A DNA stretch of 64,000 nt from an uncultured Fibrobacteria bacterium (GTDB lineage: Bacteria > Fibrobacterota > Fibrobacteria > UBA11236): the NCBI GenBank assembly GCA_963716395.1, contig OY970309.1, forward strand, positions 800,001-864,000, read 5' to 3'. Below are positions 38,400-47,266 of this stretch, in pieces; the stretch's first letter is position 1; every line of letters starts with the position of its first letter. The position numbers and the translations under genes were made by a program. The notes below the pieces were generated by a model that did not search any database, was not told the origin of the DNA, and worked only from the letters and a program-made list of their open reading frames with translations.

Positions 38400-39566
38400 A
38401 TGCTGATCGATTCCGGCTCCGGGGCGCGGCCGACCTTGCCCCCGGGGTTTTCGCCCGGCGCCACGTTGCCCGACGGCAGCCGCGAATTTTACCTCAACAT
38501 GGGGCCGCAGCACCCCAGCACGCACGGCGTGCTCAAACTGGTCTTGCGCCTCGAAGGCGAAACCGTGCTGGAAGTGGTGCCGCACCTGGGCTTCATCCAC
38601 CGCGCCATCGAGAAGATGGGCGAGAACGAATCCTACGTGCAGTACATCCATCTCACCGATCGCATGGATTACCTGTCGAGCCACATCAACAACCTGTGCG
38701 TGTGCCTGTGCATCGAAAAGGCGCTGGGCATGGGGGTGCCCGAGCGAGCGGAATACATCCGCGTGATGGTGTCGGAGCTCCAGCGCATCCAAAGCCATCT
38801 TTTGTGGTGGGGCGCTTTCGGGCTGGATCTGGGCGCGGTCACCGCCTTTCTATACGGATTCAAGGAGCGCGAGAAAATCACAGCGCTGTTCGAAGAGCTG
38901 TGCGGGGCACGCCTGACCATGAATTACTTCCGCCCCGGCGGCGGCTTCGCCGACGTGCCCGAAAATTTCCTGGCGCGCGTGCGCGAAATCATCGAAGCCA
39001 TGAAATTCTCGCTCGACGAATTCGACACCCTGGTGACGCGCAACCCCATCATGCGCGAGCGCACCGTGGACGTAGGCGTGCTGACGCGCGCCCAGGCGCT
39101 GTCGTTCGGCTGCACCGGGCCGGTGGCGCGCGCTTCGGGGGTCGATTTCGACGTGCGCAAGCACGACCCGTATTCGCTGTACGACCGCTTCGCCTTTGAC
39201 GCGCCCCTGGGCACAAACGGCGACTGCTACGACCGCTATGGCGTGCGCATCGAAGAGATGCGCCAATCGTTGCGTATTCTGGAGCAGGCGGCGGCGTCGT
39301 TTCCCGCAGGCCCGTTCCGCGCCAAGGAAAAGCCCAATCTCCGCCTGCCGGCCGGCAGCCATTACGCCGCGGTCGAAACCGCGCGCGGCCTGTACGCCAC
39401 CTATATCGTGTCCGACGGCGGCGCCAAGCCCTATCGCATCAAAAGCCGGTCGCCGGGAATGTCCAACCTTTCGGCCCTGCCGGTCATGGCCCAAGGCGGC
39501 AAGATCGCCGACATGGTGGCCATTCTCTCGACCCTCGACCTCATCATTCCGGACATCGACCGATGA
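38400..39566 (+). CDS. nuoD: Complex I subunit D
   Basis: NMGPQHPSTHGVL, DRMDY, ELQRIQSHL, DIDR; no NiFe CxxC motifs. Confidence 0.95.
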   Translation: MLIDSGSGARPTLPPGFSPGATLPDGSREFYLNMGPQHPSTHGVLKLVLRLEGETVLEVVPHLGFIHRAIEKMGENESYVQYIHLTDRMDYLSSHINNLCVCLCIEKALGMGVPERAEYIRVMVSELQRIQSHLLWWGAFGLDLGAVTAFLYGFKEREKITALFEELCGARLTMNYFRPGGGFADVPENFLARVREIIEAMKFSLDEFDTLVTRNPIMRERTVDVGVLTRAQALSFGCTGPVARASGVDFDVRKHDPYSLYDRFAFDAPLGTNGDCYDRYGVRIEEMRQSLRILEQAAASFPAGPFRAKEKPNLRLPAGSHYAAVETARGLYATYIVSDGGAKPYRIKSRSPGMSNLSALPVMAQGGKIADMVAILSTLDLIIPDIDR

Positions 39567-40633
39567 GCGGAAATTTCGCGGGCGACTTCGTACGCGCGCA
39601 TGTGCCGGCGCCGGCGGCGGTGGCGGTGAACCTGGTGATCGGGCTGGTCGCGATGCTGGCCTTCATCTCGCTCAATTCCATGTTCCTGATCTGGCTGGAA
39701 CGCAAGGTCTGCGCGCGCTTTCAGGCGCGGCTGGGTCCGATGCGCGTGGGCTTTCACGGCCTGCTCCAACCCGTGGCCGACGCCATCAAGCTTCTCTTCA
39801 AAGAAAACATCCGGCCCAAGGCCTCCGATACCGTCGCCTATTTTCTCGCCCCCATTCTGCCGATGACGGCGGCCTTCCTGGTGTTGGCCGTGCTGCCGCT
39901 GGCGCCGCAGTTGCAAATCGTCGACGTCAACGCGGGCGTGGTGTATGTCAGCGCGGTATCGGGGCTCGGCATTCTGGGCGTGCTGCTGGGCGGGTGGGCC
40001 AGCAACAGCAAATACTCGCTGCTGGGATCGATGCGATCCGGGGCGCAGCTTTTTTCCTATGAGCTGTCCATGATCCTCTGCCTGCTGCTGGTGGTCCTGG
40101 CCAGCGGCACGGGGTCGCTGCAAGGCGTGGTGCAATCGCAGCAGGGGCGGCTGTGGGATTGGTGGATTCTCAAATTGCCCGGGGCGGGCGCGCTGGCTTT
40201 TCTGCTCTTTCTGGTGTCTTCGACCGCGGAGTTGAACCGCGGTCCGCTCGACCTGGCCGAAGCCGAATCCGAACTCACCGGCGGCTTTCACACCGAATAC
40301 ACGGGCATGGCCTTCGCGCTTTTCTTTCTGGCCGAATACATCAATCTGTTCGCGGCCGCGGCGTTGGGCGCCACCTTCTTTCTGGGCGGATACCTGCCGC
40401 CGCAATTCGGCATTCCCGGGCTCGATCCCGCGCTGGCCGCCATTCCCTATGTCGTTTGGTTTCTGCTCAAGACCTACGCCTTGATCTTCGTGTATATGTG
40501 GTTCCGCTGGACTTTTCCGCGCCTGCGCATCGATCACCTGCTGGCGTTGGAATGGAAATTCCTGCTGCCGGTGTCGCTGGGGAATCTGTTGTTCGCCGCA
40601 ACCTTAATCACCCTGAGGTGCGTCCTCCCATGA
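39563..40633 (+). CDS. nuoH: Complex I subunit H
   Basis: ERK..QARLGP, QPVADAIKL, SKYSLLG, AESELTGG, PRLRID. Confidence 0.95.
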   Translation: MSGNFAGDFVRAHVPAPAAVAVNLVIGLVAMLAFISLNSMFLIWLERKVCARFQARLGPMRVGFHGLLQPVADAIKLLFKENIRPKASDTVAYFLAPILPMTAAFLVLAVLPLAPQLQIVDVNAGVVYVSAVSGLGILGVLLGGWASNSKYSLLGSMRSGAQLFSYELSMILCLLLVVLASGTGSLQGVVQSQQGRLWDWWILKLPGAGALAFLLFLVSSTAELNRGPLDLAEAESELTGGFHTEYTGMAFALFFLAEYINLFAAAALGATFFLGGYLPPQFGIPGLDPALAAIPYVVWFLLKTYALIFVYMWFRWTFPRLRIDHLLALEWKFLLPVSLGNLLFAATLITLRCVLP

Positions 40634-41082
40634 AGACGGCTTCAGCTCCCCGTCCCTCGCTGTGGGCCGACCTGCGCAGCCTGTTCCAGGGCATGGGCGT
40701 GACCCTGCGCTATTTGATCCACCCCAAGCGCGTGGTCACACGCCAGTATCCGGAGAACCGCGCCACCCTGAAATTTCCCGAGCGCTTCCGCGGCCAGGTG
40801 GTAATGCCGCATGACGAGAACGGCGATCACAATTGCACCGCCTGCCTGCTGTGTGAAAAGGCCTGCCCCAACGGCACCATTTCCATCCTCTCCACCAAAA
40901 CCGTGACGGGAAAGCGCGTGCTGGGCCAATTCATCTACCGCTTTTCGCAATGCACCCTGTGCAACCTCTGCATCGAAGCCTGCCCTTTCGACGCCATCCG
41001 CATGGGCCATGGCTTCGAAGAGGCCACCTTCCGCCGCGAAGATTTGCTCCGCGTCCTGAATCAAAAAGAAGGCCGGGGATGA
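40630..41082 (+). CDS. nuoI: Complex I subunit I
   Basis: Two CxxCxxCxxxCP motifs; QYPE, RFRG. Confidence 0.93.
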   Translation: MKTASAPRPSLWADLRSLFQGMGVTLRYLIHPKRVVTRQYPENRATLKFPERFRGQVVMPHDENGDHNCTACLLCEKACPNGTISILSTKTVTGKRVLGQFIYRFSQCTLCNLCIEACPFDAIRMGHGFEEATFRREDLLRVLNQKEGRG

Positions 41083-41609
41083 TGCGCGACGTGGCTTTCT
41101 ACCTCATCGCGACGGCCCTTCTGGTTTCGGCCCTGGCCACGGTGACGTTGCGCCATCTGTTCCACGCGGCCCTGGCCTTGCTCGCCACCCTGTTCGCGTC
41201 GGCCACGCTGTTCCTGCTTTTGGGCGCCGAGCTGGTGGCGCTGGGGCAAGTGCTGGTTTACATCGGCGGCGTCATGGTGTTCGTGCTTTACGCGGTGTTC
41301 TTGACCACCGATCTGGGCCGACGCATGCCCGCGCCCAGCCGGTGGAAAACCGCCGGAGCTTTGCTGACCGCCGGGGCGGTCTTCGCCCTGCTGACGGTGG
41401 CGCTGCACCAGGCCCGCGCCTTGGCGGGCGGTGCCGCGCCCGCGGACTTCGCTTCGCTGGCGACCTTGGGCGCCCGCCTGCTCGATCCCGGTCCGTCCGG
41501 ATTTCTTATTCCCTTCGAAGGCGTCTCGGTGCTGCTGCTGGCCGCCCTGGTGGGCGCGCTGGCCCTGGCCCGCGGGCTCGACGCCGGCGGCAAAGGGGCG
41601 AAACCTTGA
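41079..41609 (+). CDS. nuoJ: Complex I subunit J
   Basis: QVLVYIGGVMV, PFEGVSVLLL. Confidence 0.9.
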   Translation: MMRDVAFYLIATALLVSALATVTLRHLFHAALALLATLFASATLFLLLGAELVALGQVLVYIGGVMVFVLYAVFLTTDLGRRMPAPSRWKTAGALLTAGAVFALLTVALHQARALAGGAAPADFASLATLGARLLDPGPSGFLIPFEGVSVLLLAALVGALALARGLDAGGKGAKP

Positions 41610-41911
41610 CGTTACCTGCCTGCCTGGCGCTGTCGGCCGCCCTGTTCGCCATCGGCGTGTTCGGCCTGCTGACGCGCCGCAACCTCATCGCCGTGCTCAT
41701 GTCCCTGGAATTGATGATCAACGCGGCGCTCATCAATTTTACCGCCTTCGCCCGCTTCGGGGGCGGCGACGCCACGGCGGGAGCGGCCTTTCCCCTGTTC
41801 GTCTTCGCGCTGGCGGCGGCCGAAATGGCCCTGGCACTGGGCATTGTACTGGCGTTGCAGCGCAACCGTCGGCGCATCGACGTCGAGGAGCTGACCGACC
41901 TGCATGGATAA
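41606..41911 (+). CDS. nuoK: Complex I subunit K
   Basis: RRNLIAVLMSLELM, AAAEMALAL; TTG start overlaps the nuoJ stop. Confidence 0.9.
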   Translation: MTLPACLALSAALFAIGVFGLLTRRNLIAVLMSLELMINAALINFTAFARFGGGDATAGAAFPLFVFALAAAEMALALGIVLALQRNRRRIDVEELTDLHG

Positions 41912-43895
41912 CCTGCAATTCTACGGCGTTTCGCCCTCGCTGCAATTCTGGGCCTACGCGGTTCTGGTTCTCCCGCTGGCGGCTTTTCTGCTCAACGGCC
42001 TGTGGCTGGGGCGGCGCAACGCCCGCACCGCGGCTGCGGTAGCCACCATTTTAATTGGTTTTTCCTTTGTAGCCGCGCTGGCCTTGGCCGTGGGTTGGCG
42101 CGACGAAATCCTCTACCGGCCTACGCTGTTTCCGGCCGGCGCCGCGCTGGCTTTCGACTACGCCTGGCTGCCCTTTCCTGCGCCGCGCTTCGCGGCCGAT
42201 TTCGGCTACTACCTCGACGCGCTGTCGGTGGCCATGACCTGCATCGTCACCGGCATTTCCTTTCTGGTGCACCTCTATTCGGTCGGCTACATGCGGGAGG
42301 ATCGCAGCGCCGGGCGCTTCTTCGCCCTGCTGCCGTTCTTCACTTTCACCATGCTCGGGCTGGTGGCGGCCCACAATATCGTGCAGACCTTTTTCTTCTG
42401 GGAATTGGTGGGCGCTGCCTCCTATCTGCTTATCGGCTTCTGGTACGAGAAGCCGTCGGCCGTGGCGGCCAGCAAGAAGGCCTTCATTCTCACGCGCCTG
42501 GCCGACGCATTTTTTCTGGCCGGGCTCCTGCTCGCCGGACTCAACGCCCAGAGCTTCGACTTCAGCCATTTGACCACGGCGGCCACGGCCGAGGTACTGA
42601 ACCGCGCCGTGGGCTTCGGGGGAGTTTCCGTCAATCTTTTATTCATCGTCACGATTTTCCTGTATGCCGGCGCCTGGGGCAAATCGGCGCTGTTTCCCCT
42701 GCATGTGTGGTTGCCCGACGCCATGGAAGGTCCGACGCCGGTGTCGGCACTGATCCATTCGGCCACCATGGTGGTGGCCGGCGTTTACCTCACCGCGCGC
42801 CTGTTCCCCTTGTTCGCCGCCTGCCCCGCCACCTTGCATGTGGTGGAACTCACCGGCGTCGTAACCGCGGCCTTCGCGGCTTTGGTGGCCTGCGCACAAA
42901 CCGATCTCAAGCGCATACTGGCCTTTTCGACCCTGTCGCAGATCGGCTATATGATGTTCGCCCTGGGCGTGGCCCAGCCCGGCGACGCCACGGCGGCCGG
43001 ATACAGCGCCTCGTTGTTCCACGTTTTCACCCACGCCTTTTTCAAATGCCTGCTCTTTCTGTCGGCCGGCATGGTGATTCACGCCGTGCACGGACAGGAG
43101 CTCAAAGACGCGGGCGGCTTGCGCAAGCGTCTGCCGTGGACCTATCTCGTGACCTTGATCGCCTGTCTCGCCATTTCCGGCGTATGGCCTTTCTCCGGAT
43201 TCTTTTCCAAAGACGCCATCTTGATGGCGGCGCTGGCCAACGGGCATCGCCTCACCTTTGCCGTCGGCTTGGCCACCGGCGGCCTCACGGCCTTCTACAT
43301 GTTCCGCTATTTCTTTTTGGTGTTTCACGGACCGCAATCCGACCATGCGCCCCGAGGCCATGACGCCTACCACGAACCCGTGGTGATGGTGCTGCCCATG
43401 CTGGCGCTGGCCGTGTTCAGCGTGTTGGGCGGCGCGGCCAAGAGCTGGTACTTCGATTGCGTGCGTCCCTTTCCCGCGCCGCCCTGGTTCGGTCAAACGC
43501 CGCCGATTCCCGCAGGCCATGGCTGGCTGCCCTATGCGGCGCTGTGCATGGCCGCGCTCGGCATCGCCGCGGCCTATGTCTTGTATGTGCAACGGCGGCT
43601 CGAGCCGGGAGAAACCGCGACCTCGCCGCTGTGGTATCGCTGGATGGCGCGCAAGTTTTATCTCGATGCCGTCTGGCTGTACGTGGGCCGCCGCGTGGGG
43701 CTGCGCGGCATGGCGCAACCCCTGGCCACGGTGGAACGCCGCGTGGTGAATGGAGCGTTTGATGGCGGAACCTGGCTGGTCCGCTCCGCCGCCTGGGTGG
43801 TCCGCACCTTCCAAAACGGCCGCCTGCAATTTTATTCCGCGCTGGGTTTGCTCGGCCTGTGCGTTTTTTATTGGGTCGAAGGGGTGGGGCGATGA
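41904..43895 (+). CDS. nuoL: Complex I subunit L
   Basis: WELVG, GKSALFPLHVWLPDAMEGPTPVSALIHSATMV, THAFFK. Confidence 0.95.
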   Translation: MDNLQFYGVSPSLQFWAYAVLVLPLAAFLLNGLWLGRRNARTAAAVATILIGFSFVAALALAVGWRDEILYRPTLFPAGAALAFDYAWLPFPAPRFAADFGYYLDALSVAMTCIVTGISFLVHLYSVGYMREDRSAGRFFALLPFFTFTMLGLVAAHNIVQTFFFWELVGAASYLLIGFWYEKPSAVAASKKAFILTRLADAFFLAGLLLAGLNAQSFDFSHLTTAATAEVLNRAVGFGGVSVNLLFIVTIFLYAGAWGKSALFPLHVWLPDAMEGPTPVSALIHSATMVVAGVYLTARLFPLFAACPATLHVVELTGVVTAAFAALVACAQTDLKRILAFSTLSQIGYMMFALGVAQPGDATAAGYSASLFHVFTHAFFKCLLFLSAGMVIHAVHGQELKDAGGLRKRLPWTYLVTLIACLAISGVWPFSGFFSKDAILMAALANGHRLTFAVGLATGGLTAFYMFRYFFLVFHGPQSDHAPRGHDAYHEPVVMVLPMLALAVFSVLGGAAKSWYFDCVRPFPAPPWFGQTPPIPAGHGWLPYAALCMAALGIAAAYVLYVQRRLEPGETATSPLWYRWMARKFYLDAVWLYVGRRVGLRGMAQPLATVERRVVNGAFDGGTWLVRSAAWVVRTFQNGRLQFYSALGLLGLCVFYWVEGVGR

Positions 43896-45409
43896 ACGGC
43901 TTTCCCCTGGAAACCTGGACCCTCAACTTCGTCTGGATTTTTCCCCTGGGCGCGGCGCTGCTTTTGGCGGCGATTCCGGCCGAGCGCAAACAGGCCATCC
44001 GCAAGCTCGCGGCCGCGGCCGCGGGCATCAACCTCTTGGCCGTGGCCTGGCTCACCGCGCGTTTCGCCTGGGCCGGACCCATGGCCGATTTCGGCGCCAC
44101 GCGTTCGGATTTGATGTTCGTGGTGAAGGTGCCGTGGATTCCCAAAATCGGGGCCGAGTATTTCGTGGGCGTCGACGCCATCTCCATGTTCCTCATGCTG
44201 CTGGCCGCCGTCATCGTGTTCTGCGGCACCTTGGCCAGTTGGCGCATCGAGTCGCGGGTCAAAGAGTTTTTCATTCTGCTGCAAGTGCTGGCCGCGGGAA
44301 CCTTCGGCGCCTTCATGTCCTTTGACTTGCTCGCCTTCTTCTTCTTCAACGAGCTGACTTTGATCCCGACCTATCTGCTCATCGCGATGTACGGCACGGG
44401 GCGCAAGGAATACGCGGCCATGAAACTCACCTTGATCCTGCTGGGGGGATCGGCGCTGGTGCTGCTCGGCATTCTGGGCGTGTATTTCGAAGCCGGCGCG
44501 CATACCTTCAACCTGCTCGACTTGGCGCAGGTTCATTTCGATCTCGCCTTCCAACACTGGGCATTTCCCGCCCTGTTTTTGGGCTTCGCGATTCTGGGCA
44601 ACCTGTTTCCCTTTCACATCTGGTCGCCCGACGGCCACGCCTCGGCGCCCACGGCCGTGTCGATGTTTCTGGCCGGCGTGCACATGAAACTGGGAAGTTA
44701 CGGGTGCCTGCGTCTGGCCCTGTACCTGCTTCCCGAAGGCGCGCGCTATTGGGCCGGACCCTTTTTCGCCCTGTCCGTGGCCGGCGCCTTATGGGGCGCC
44801 TTCGTGGCCGCGCGCCAAACCGATCTCAAATACATGAACGCGTATTCGTCGGTGTCGCATTGCGCTTTGGTGTTTCTGGGATTATGCGCGCTCAACGCCA
44901 CGGCCCTGCGCGGGGCCGTGCTGCAAATGGTGTCGCATGGCCTCATCACCGCCGCCCTGTTCTGCGTCATCGGCATGCTTTATGAACGCACCCACACGCG
45001 GCAAATTTCCGCGATGGGCGGCCTGATGCGCTCCGTGCCTTTTCTGGGAGTGTGCATGGTGCTGGCTGGTTTCGCCGGACTGGGCCTGCCCGGATTCTCG
45101 GGCTTTCCCGCGGAAATCAATATTTTCCTGGGCGGCTTTCTGGGCGCGACGCCGGCCATGCGCGTGGGCACCTTGCTGGCCCTGGGTTCCATCGTGGTGG
45201 CGGCCGTGTATCTGTTGCGGGCGGTGAACGCCGTCTTGCATGGCCCGCCCAAAGGCCCGGCTCCGGGAGCCGACGCAAGCCGGGTCGAGCGTTGGGCGCT
45301 GGGGTTGCTGCTCTTTGGCATCGTGGCCATGGGATTGTTCCCACAATGGATGGCGGTGCGCCTCGACGACGCCCTCATTCCCATCCTGAACAATTTGAAT
45401 CGCGGATGA
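43892..45409 (+). CDS. nuoM: Complex I subunit M
   Basis: FPFHIWSPDGH, AYSSVSH, QMVSHG, GLPGFSGF. Confidence 0.93.
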   Translation: MNGFPLETWTLNFVWIFPLGAALLLAAIPAERKQAIRKLAAAAAGINLLAVAWLTARFAWAGPMADFGATRSDLMFVVKVPWIPKIGAEYFVGVDAISMFLMLLAAVIVFCGTLASWRIESRVKEFFILLQVLAAGTFGAFMSFDLLAFFFFNELTLIPTYLLIAMYGTGRKEYAAMKLTLILLGGSALVLLGILGVYFEAGAHTFNLLDLAQVHFDLAFQHWAFPALFLGFAILGNLFPFHIWSPDGHASAPTAVSMFLAGVHMKLGSYGCLRLALYLLPEGARYWAGPFFALSVAGALWGAFVAARQTDLKYMNAYSSVSHCALVFLGLCALNATALRGAVLQMVSHGLITAALFCVIGMLYERTHTRQISAMGGLMRSVPFLGVCMVLAGFAGLGLPGFSGFPAEINIFLGGFLGATPAMRVGTLLALGSIVVAAVYLLRAVNAVLHGPPKGPAPGADASRVERWALGLLLFGIVAMGLFPQWMAVRLDDALIPILNNLNRG

Positions 45410-46821
45410 ACGCCCCCTACCTGCCCGATCTTCTGCTGCTGGCCACGGGTGTGGCGGTATTGCTGGTCGACGCCGGACGCCGCGACGAAGAAGGCGCCCT
45501 GTGCGGGCGCGTGGCCATGGCCGGCTGCGCGCTGGTGGTGGCCGCTTTGTTCCTGACCTGGCCGCGGGAGTCCGCGGGCTGGCCCACCTATGTGCTGGGG
45601 CCGCACGAATACCGTTGGCGGCTTTTCTTCACCGTAACCTTGCTGTTTACCCAGTGGTTTTCCACCGCCTATTTCCGCGGCGACGAAGAATCCGCCTACG
45701 GCGGACGTCCCGCCCTGACCCGTCCGGGCGCGTTTCACGCCTTGCTTCTCTTCTGCACCACGGGCATGTTCGCCTTGGTGTCGGCGCGCGACCTGCTCAC
45801 CCTGTTCGTGGCGCTTGAACTGGCAACCTTGCCGTTATTCGCTTTGGCCGGATTTCAATCGCGCCAAAACGACGGGGTCGAAGCCGCGTCCAAACTGGTG
45901 GTCACCGCCGGCCTGGCCGTGGCCTTGAACCTTTTCGGCATTTCGCTGTTGTACGGCGCCTCGGGCGGTTTGTCGTACGCGGCCCTGGCCGCGGCGGCCG
46001 CACATCCCGGGCCGGCGTTGTGGCTGGGAACCCTGCTGGTATTCGGCGGGTTGGCCTTCAAGATTTCGGCGGTGCCGTTCCAGATGTGGGCGCCCGACGT
46101 GTACGAAGGCGCGCCCACGCCGGTGACCGCTTTTTTATCCGTGGCTTCCAAGGCCGCGGGTTTGGCGGCTCTGGCCGTGTTGTTCTTCGGGCCGCTCGAC
46201 GCGCTGCGCGCGCGCTTTTATCCGGTGCTGGCCACCGCGGCCGTGATCACCATGTCGGCGGGAAACCTGGGCGCCATCCGGCAGACACGGATGCGGCGCT
46301 TCATCGCCTATTCCTCCATCGCCCAGGCCGGCTATTTTCTGCTGGCTTTCACGGGCGCGGCCGATCGCGGACGCAACGCGCTGATGTTCAACCTGTGGGT
46401 ATACGGCGCGGCCAATCTGGCCTTGTTCTACGTCATGCGTTCCTGCGGGCCGCGGCGCAAAGAAACCTTGCGCATGTTCCGCGGCCTGTCGCTGGAGCGG
46501 CCGGGTTTGGCGCTGCTGCTTTTGCTCAGCCTGTTCTCGCTGGCGGGCCTTCCTCCGCTGGCCGGGTTTCTGGGAAAATTCCAGCTCTTCTCCGTGGCCG
46601 CAGCCGGCGGACATTACCCGTTGGTCTTTATCGCCTTGGCCAACGCCGTGGTTTCGCTGTACTACTACCTGCAGCCGGTACGCGAAGCCTATATCTCGGC
46701 CGCCGATCCTGATTTGCCGGCCATGGGGCGGCTCGGATGGTTCGATACCGTGCCGCTCTGGGTGTTGGGCGCGGCCGTAGCCTTGCTGGCGGTTTGGCCC
46801 GGCCCGTTTCTCGGGCGTTAA
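45406..46821 (+). CDS. nuoN: Complex I subunit N
   Basis: FKISAVPFQMWAPDVYEGAPTPV, AYSSIAQAGY, SLAGLPPLAGF. Confidence 0.93.
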   Translation: MNAPYLPDLLLLATGVAVLLVDAGRRDEEGALCGRVAMAGCALVVAALFLTWPRESAGWPTYVLGPHEYRWRLFFTVTLLFTQWFSTAYFRGDEESAYGGRPALTRPGAFHALLLFCTTGMFALVSARDLLTLFVALELATLPLFALAGFQSRQNDGVEAASKLVVTAGLAVALNLFGISLLYGASGGLSYAALAAAAAHPGPALWLGTLLVFGGLAFKISAVPFQMWAPDVYEGAPTPVTAFLSVASKAAGLAALAVLFFGPLDALRARFYPVLATAAVITMSAGNLGAIRQTRMRRFIAYSSIAQAGYFLLAFTGAADRGRNALMFNLWVYGAANLALFYVMRSCGPRRKETLRMFRGLSLERPGLALLLLLSLFSLAGLPPLAGFLGKFQLFSVAAAGGHYPLVFIALANAVVSLYYYLQPVREAYISAADPDLPAMGRLGWFDTVPLWVLGAAVALLAVWPGPFLGR

Positions 46822-47131
46822 GCGTATCGTTCTGGTTACCGGATCGTAGCAGGTACGATTCGCCCCGGTTTCGCCGGAGGCCGGCTGCGGCTTGAGCGTG
46901 AACCCGCCATCCGGCGGATGGAAACCGAAACAGACGAATACAGCAATATTCAGGCCCATTTCCGAAAGCTCTACCAGCCCCGGCAAACCCCGTTGACAAG
47001 ATGTGAATAGTTATTGGAGTTAACCAATTTTATGGATTTTTAAAACCAAAATCGCCAACACATTTGAATATTTATCGAAAATCACATTTTTGTTTCAAAT
47101 CTATTTTTTCCGCGACTTGGCAAAAATCCGC

Positions 47132-47160
47132 TTGACCATATTCACAATACGGTTTTAATT
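47132..47160 (+). promoter_or_regulatory. Candidate sigma70 promoter in the AT-rich leader of the teneurin-like gene
   Basis: TTGACC-N16-TTTAAT; a second TTGACA lies at 46993. Confidence 0.35.
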
Positions 47161-47266
47161 TCCGTCTAATCTCGGAAACGAGATCGAAATTTATTCGTGG
47201 CGGACATCACACTCGCGCGTGAGAGCCCGTCAATTTGGTTTACACAATAAACGATCGGGTTCGAGC

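Noticed and set aside
38400-39566. NuoD as a group 4 [NiFe]-hydrogenase large subunit
   Set aside because: It lacks both CxxC Ni-binding motifs and has the quinone-site HPSTHG and DY residues.
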